Source of the DNA: Polyangia bacterium
GTDB taxonomy: Bacteria > Myxococcota_A > Polyangia > Nannocystales > Nannocystaceae
Reading direction: 5' to 3'
DNA: 64,000 bases
Assembly (NCBI GenBank): GCA_030429545.1
Contig: JAUIFF010000001.1
Span: 403,599 to 467,598, forward strand
Position 1 is the first letter of the stretch. Every line of letters begins with the position of its first letter. A model generated the notes under the pieces. The model made no database searches. It had not been told where the DNA came from and saw only the letters and a program-made list of their open reading frames with translations. Shown here piece by piece: positions 60,532 through 64,000 of the stretch. The position numbers and the translations under genes were made by a program.

Positions 60532-61626
60532 TTGCTGGCGTCCAGCGCCCTTGCGCGATACGCTCGCATGCCGCGAATGTCGGCTCTCGACTCGACGCAC
60601 GGACGACATTCTTCTATCTTCCCCGCCGGTTTCAGGAGCACATTGTCGATCACCAACAACGCCTCAAGTGTGTCAGCCGGCGGCCTGCGTTCGGCCCCGC
60701 TACCTACACGTGAGGCTGTGCGCGAACGGGCGACGCCCTACGAAATCATTGAGCGCATCTGGTTGGTGATTTGGATAGGCTTTACCGCCGCGGCCCTGGT
60801 GCTCTACGCCCAGGGGCGGGGCAGCTTTGAGGTTTTGCGCAACTCCCTCGGGTTGCTGGTTGGAATCATTGTAATTCCAAGGATTACCCGCCCGCTTGGC
60901 CAACGCGCTGTCGACATCGGGCGGACCATCATCAACCCGATTGCCAACATGCTCTCGTACGAGTGGTCGGTGATGGTGATTGCCGCGGTCCTGACCAAGT
61001 CGTACGAGATCGAGATGTTGAAGATCGACGCCTGGCTGTTTGGCGGCAATCCGTCCGAGTGGGTCCAGGCGCTGCATCACCCGTGGCTCACCGAGTATCT
61101 CCAGATCGCCTATGTGAGTTACTTCCCGGTTTTGCTCGGGGTTGCGATCCTCCTGGTGGTCCGCGGCAAGAGCCAAGTGTTGTTGCGCTATTGCCTGGCG
61201 ATGACCCTGGCGATCCTCTCGACCCATTTGCTGTACATTTTGGTGCCCGTGCGCTCGCCGTTTTTGCTGGTCGACCAACAGCCGTGGAGCGACTGGATCG
61301 GCTACGATTTCCCGCTTCAGGGGGTTTGGGTGGCCGAGAGCCTGCGCGAGGGGCTGCTCACCACCACCGCCGGGCGCTACGATTGCTTCCCGAGTGGGCA
61401 CACCATGCACACGATCCTGGCGATGTACTTTTCGTGGTACCTCAGCCGGCCGATTGCCTGGATCGTCACGTTGCTGGGCTGCTCGATCATCTTTTCGACG
61501 CTTTACCTCCGCTACCACTATGGTATCGACCTGCTGGTCGGCGCCCCGTTGGCGGTGCTGTGGATTTACGTCGCAAACCGCTTGGCGCGCGGCAGTTCCA
61601 CGGACCCCGAGCGGGCATCCTCCTAA
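60532..61626 (+). CDS. PAP2-superfamily membrane enzyme of the AUR1 / sphingomyelin-synthase type (phosphosphingolipid head-group transferase-like)
   Basis: DCFPSGHTMH and YLRYHYGIDLLVG reproduce the C-P-S-G-H and H-Y-x-x-D motifs of IPC-synthase/SMS enzymes; 6+ TM helices; exact start uncertain. Confidence 0.6.
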   Translation: MLASSALARYARMPRMSALDSTHGRHSSIFPAGFRSTLSITNNASSVSAGGLRSAPLPTREAVRERATPYEIIERIWLVIWIGFTAAALVLYAQGRGSFEVLRNSLGLLVGIIVIPRITRPLGQRAVDIGRTIINPIANMLSYEWSVMVIAAVLTKSYEIEMLKIDAWLFGGNPSEWVQALHHPWLTEYLQIAYVSYFPVLLGVAILLVVRGKSQVLLRYCLAMTLAILSTHLLYILVPVRSPFLLVDQQPWSDWIGYDFPLQGVWVAESLREGLLTTTAGRYDCFPSGHTMHTILAMYFSWYLSRPIAWIVTLLGCSIIFSTLYLRYHYGIDLLVGAPLAVLWIYVANRLARGSSTDPERASS

Positions 61627-61653
61627 CCCGAGGTCGCCGGCACTGGATCGCAC

Positions 61654-62427
61654 ATGAACGACACACGACCGGCCTCAAACTCTCTGCACCACCAGCTGAT
61701 CCACATCGTCTACACCTTCATTGCGATGTCGGGGTGGCGCCTGCGTCATCTCAACCTGCTTTGGGTTATGGGCGGCGTGGCCTCGTTGGGGATCTACGCC
61801 TACCTGTTTGGCTTTTCGATGTTGGGCGTCGAAGTGCAGGGCGCGGTCGTTGGCAATGCAACAATCCACATCGGGTTCTACCTGTTCACGGTGCTGTTTT
61901 ACTACTTCGGCCTGATCGCGTTTTTTGCGGCCGGGATGCACAAGCGCATGTGCGAGTCGATGGGCGAGGAAAAAGCCTTTCGCACGTTTCAAACCCTGCT
62001 GGCGTTGATGTTTATCAACCAGGGGCTCGGTGTCGGGGCGATGAGCTCGCTGCAGTTTCCCGGGTGGGAGTTTCCGCTGAGCCACGGCCAGGCCCTTGCT
62101 GTCGGCATCGTCCTGACCGCGATTGGCATCATCATCAAGGTCTGGGCCACGGTCCTGACCACCATCGACATCTACTACCTCAAGGACCTGTTTGTCGGTC
62201 ACCCGGTCACCGGATTTGTCGAAAAGGGCCCCTACAAGTTCCTCAGCAACCCGATGTACGGCGTCGGTCAGTTCCACGCCTACGGCATTGCGGTGCTGTT
62301 TGAGTCGACCACGGGCGTGTTGGCGGCCGCCATTTGCCACATCTTGATCTACACCTTCTACTACGTCATTGAACGCCCGTTTGTGGTTCGCACCTACCTC
62401 AGTGGTGGCAACCAAAACGCCGGCTGA
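61654..62427 (+). CDS. PEMT/ICMT-family membrane methyltransferase
   Basis: GPYKFLSNPMYGVGQFHAYGIAVLFES matches the C-terminal SAM-binding motif of phospholipid/isoprenylcysteine methyltransferases; multi-TM. Confidence 0.6.
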   Translation: MNDTRPASNSLHHQLIHIVYTFIAMSGWRLRHLNLLWVMGGVASLGIYAYLFGFSMLGVEVQGAVVGNATIHIGFYLFTVLFYYFGLIAFFAAGMHKRMCESMGEEKAFRTFQTLLALMFINQGLGVGAMSSLQFPGWEFPLSHGQALAVGIVLTAIGIIIKVWATVLTTIDIYYLKDLFVGHPVTGFVEKGPYKFLSNPMYGVGQFHAYGIAVLFESTTGVLAAAICHILIYTFYYVIERPFVVRTYLSGGNQNAG

Positions 62428-62435
62428 CATGGCCG

Positions 62436-64000
62436 ATGGCTGAGTCTGCTCAAACATCTGCTTGGGCCCGCTGGGTGGCGCGTGTGGTGATGCGCCGCCC
62501 CTTTGCAATTGTTGCATTTGCACTGACCGTTGGGCTCATCGCGTTTACGTTTGTCCGCCAGCTGACGATCAACCAGCAGCTGCGGGCACTGCTGCCCGAC
62601 GACTTCCCGAGCGTGGTCCACCTCGCCGAGTTGGAGCAGCGGATCGTCAACCCCACCGATCTTTACCTGACGATTCGCAGTCCCTCGCGTGAGGCTAACG
62701 TCGCCTACGGCGAAAAACTCGCTGCCGAGTTGGGTAAGCGCGAGGATATTCGCTACGTCATCTACCACCAGGACCCGGCGTTTTTCCGCGACAACTCGTT
62801 GCTCTACGCCGACCTCGACGACCTGCTCGACCTACGCAAACGGGTGATCGACGGCATCCAGGAGCAGATTCGCCGCGAGACCAGCATGCTCGGCGACAGC
62901 TCCGATGGGGAGGAGCCTTCGGCGCTCGACGAGCTTAGCGAAGACAAGATCCGCGAGCGCTACAAGCTCGACACCACGTTCAGCGAGTATTTTGAAACCG
63001 ATGGCGGCCAGCTTGTGGTCGTGCGGGCACGACCGACCCGCCCCCACATCGACTTTGCATTTACAACGAAAATCGTTGGCGAAGTCGAAGCGCTGATCCG
63101 CGAGCTCGACCCCGAGAGCTACCACCCCGACATCGAAGTCAAGGTCGCCGGCAGCTATGTCGACCACGCCCACTCGATCGAAAACGGTGTGGTCGGGGGC
63201 ACGGCCGTCAGCATTGGCCTACTCATCCTGATCCTCGCGCTCTACTTTCGCGGTGCCCGGGCGATTCCAATGGTGCTGGTGCCACTTGTGCTGGCCGCCC
63301 TGGTCGCGCTGGCGATCGCCCAGCAGGCCTATGGCGAGCTCAACCTCGTCAGTGCCTTTATGTTTGCCGTGTTGCTGGGCCTGGGGATCGACTTTATGGT
63401 CCATATCCTCGCCCGCTACCGCGACGAACGGATCGGGCGCGGGCTCCCGCAGGAGCAGGCGCTTGCACATGCACTTTCGACGACCGGCATGTCCACCCTC
63501 ACCGGGGCCCTGAGCACCGCGCTGGCGTTTGCCGTGCTCAGTGTCGTCGACTTTCGCGGGATCTCGCAGTTTGGCGTGATCGCCAGCATTGGGGTGTTGC
63601 TGACCTACCTCGGGGCAATCTTTGTGATGCCGGCGATGGCCGTGTTGGTCGAAAAGGTGCGGCCCTGGAAACCCCGTGCAGGTGCAACAAAAACAGCCGA
63701 AGTAGCTGCCACGCCGGCAAGCCCAAAGTCGTTTAAGCCGTGGGTCACCATCACCGGGTTTGTCGTGCTTGTCGGGGTGACAGCCGTCGGTGCCGTGGTG
63801 GGGCAGGGGGTTGAGTTTGAGTATGACCTCAACGAGATCGATGCCCAACCCGACCCGCTCACGCCACAGGAAATGGCGCGCAAGGAGCAATATCGGCGCG
63901 CGGTCGGTTCGGCCTCGACAACCGCCCCGGCGGTCGCGTTGACGGCCGACCTCGAGCAGAGCCGAGAGGTCTATCGCCAGCTGCGAGCGTTGCTCGACAT
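62436..64000 (+). CDS. MMPL/RND-superfamily transporter (second copy; 3' end beyond window)
   Basis: ATG 62436, MAESAQTSAWARW...; GLGIDFMVHILARYRDE SSD/MMPL block; open to window end. Confidence 0.75.
   Translation, partial: MAESAQTSAWARWVARVVMRRPFAIVAFALTVGLIAFTFVRQLTINQQLRALLPDDFPSVVHLAELEQRIVNPTDLYLTIRSPSREANVAYGEKLAAELGKREDIRYVIYHQDPAFFRDNSLLYADLDDLLDLRKRVIDGIQEQIRRETSMLGDSSDGEEPSALDELSEDKIRERYKLDTTFSEYFETDGGQLVVVRARPTRPHIDFAFTTKIVGEVEALIRELDPESYHPDIEVKVAGSYVDHAHSIENGVVGGTAVSIGLLILILALYFRGARAIPMVLVPLVLAALVALAIAQQAYGELNLVSAFMFAVLLGLGIDFMVHILARYRDERIGRGLPQEQALAHALSTTGMSTLTGALSTALAFAVLSVVDFRGISQFGVIASIGVLLTYLGAIFVMPAMAVLVEKVRPWKPRAGATKTAEVAATPASPKSFKPWVTITGFVVLVGVTAVGAVVGQGVEFEYDLNEIDAQPDPLTPQEMARKEQYRRAVGSASTTAPAVALTADLEQSREVYRQLRALLD

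Noticed and set aside
1-64000. Mobile elements, prophage or integron signatures
   Set aside because: No transposase, integrase, recombinase, phage structural or attC-like sequences were recognised. GC dips are confined to short promoter spacers.

Overview
This 64 kb window is a high-GC (roughly 65-70%) bacterial chromosomal segment. Its gene content suggests a myxobacterium (Myxococcota); this is an inference from three eukaryotic-like Ser/Thr kinases, an HTTM/VKGC-like membrane protein, two MMPL/RND transporters and a non-canonical Hsp70 paralog. Housekeeping blocks are clear: a Ser/Thr kinase-TPR gene and typA on the - strand; lysC; and a long + strand run yceD-rpmF-plsX-fabD-(557 bp non-coding gap)-acpP-fabF-rpiB-nrdR-ribD-ribE-ribBA-coaBC-UDG(family 4)-HU. 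pdxJ, rarA, a cytochrome P450 and a class I aminotransferase are also present. I recognised no tRNA or rRNA gene, no transposase or integrase, and no CRISPR array. The accessory or unusual content is: (1) three tandem paralogs of the Coq4 family (HDxxH-x11-E motif); (2) a secreted protein of about 1,400 aa built from roughly 50 copies of a ~19-aa P-L-F/W repeat, followed by a ~550 bp tandem repeat containing small CCCG-N6-CGGG hairpins; (3) a gene fusing a PqqD/RRE-like N-terminal domain to a MEMO1-like (AmmeMemoRadiSam protein B-like) domain, downstream of a HEAT-repeat protein and flanked by a Ser/Thr kinase; (4) tandem arrays made by repeated duplication of gene 3' ends (7 units after a C45-peptidase/TPR gene, 2 units after an MMPL gene); (5) a dispersed ~20-nt motif GGCGACGCGAGAAAAACCAC present in several intergenic regions and inside the 3'-end array; (6) a lipid head-group cluster (AUR1/SMS-like PAP2 enzyme, PEMT/ICMT-like methyltransferase, MMPL exporter). 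Many long ORFs in the six-frame track are antisense artefacts of high GC and are not reported as genes.
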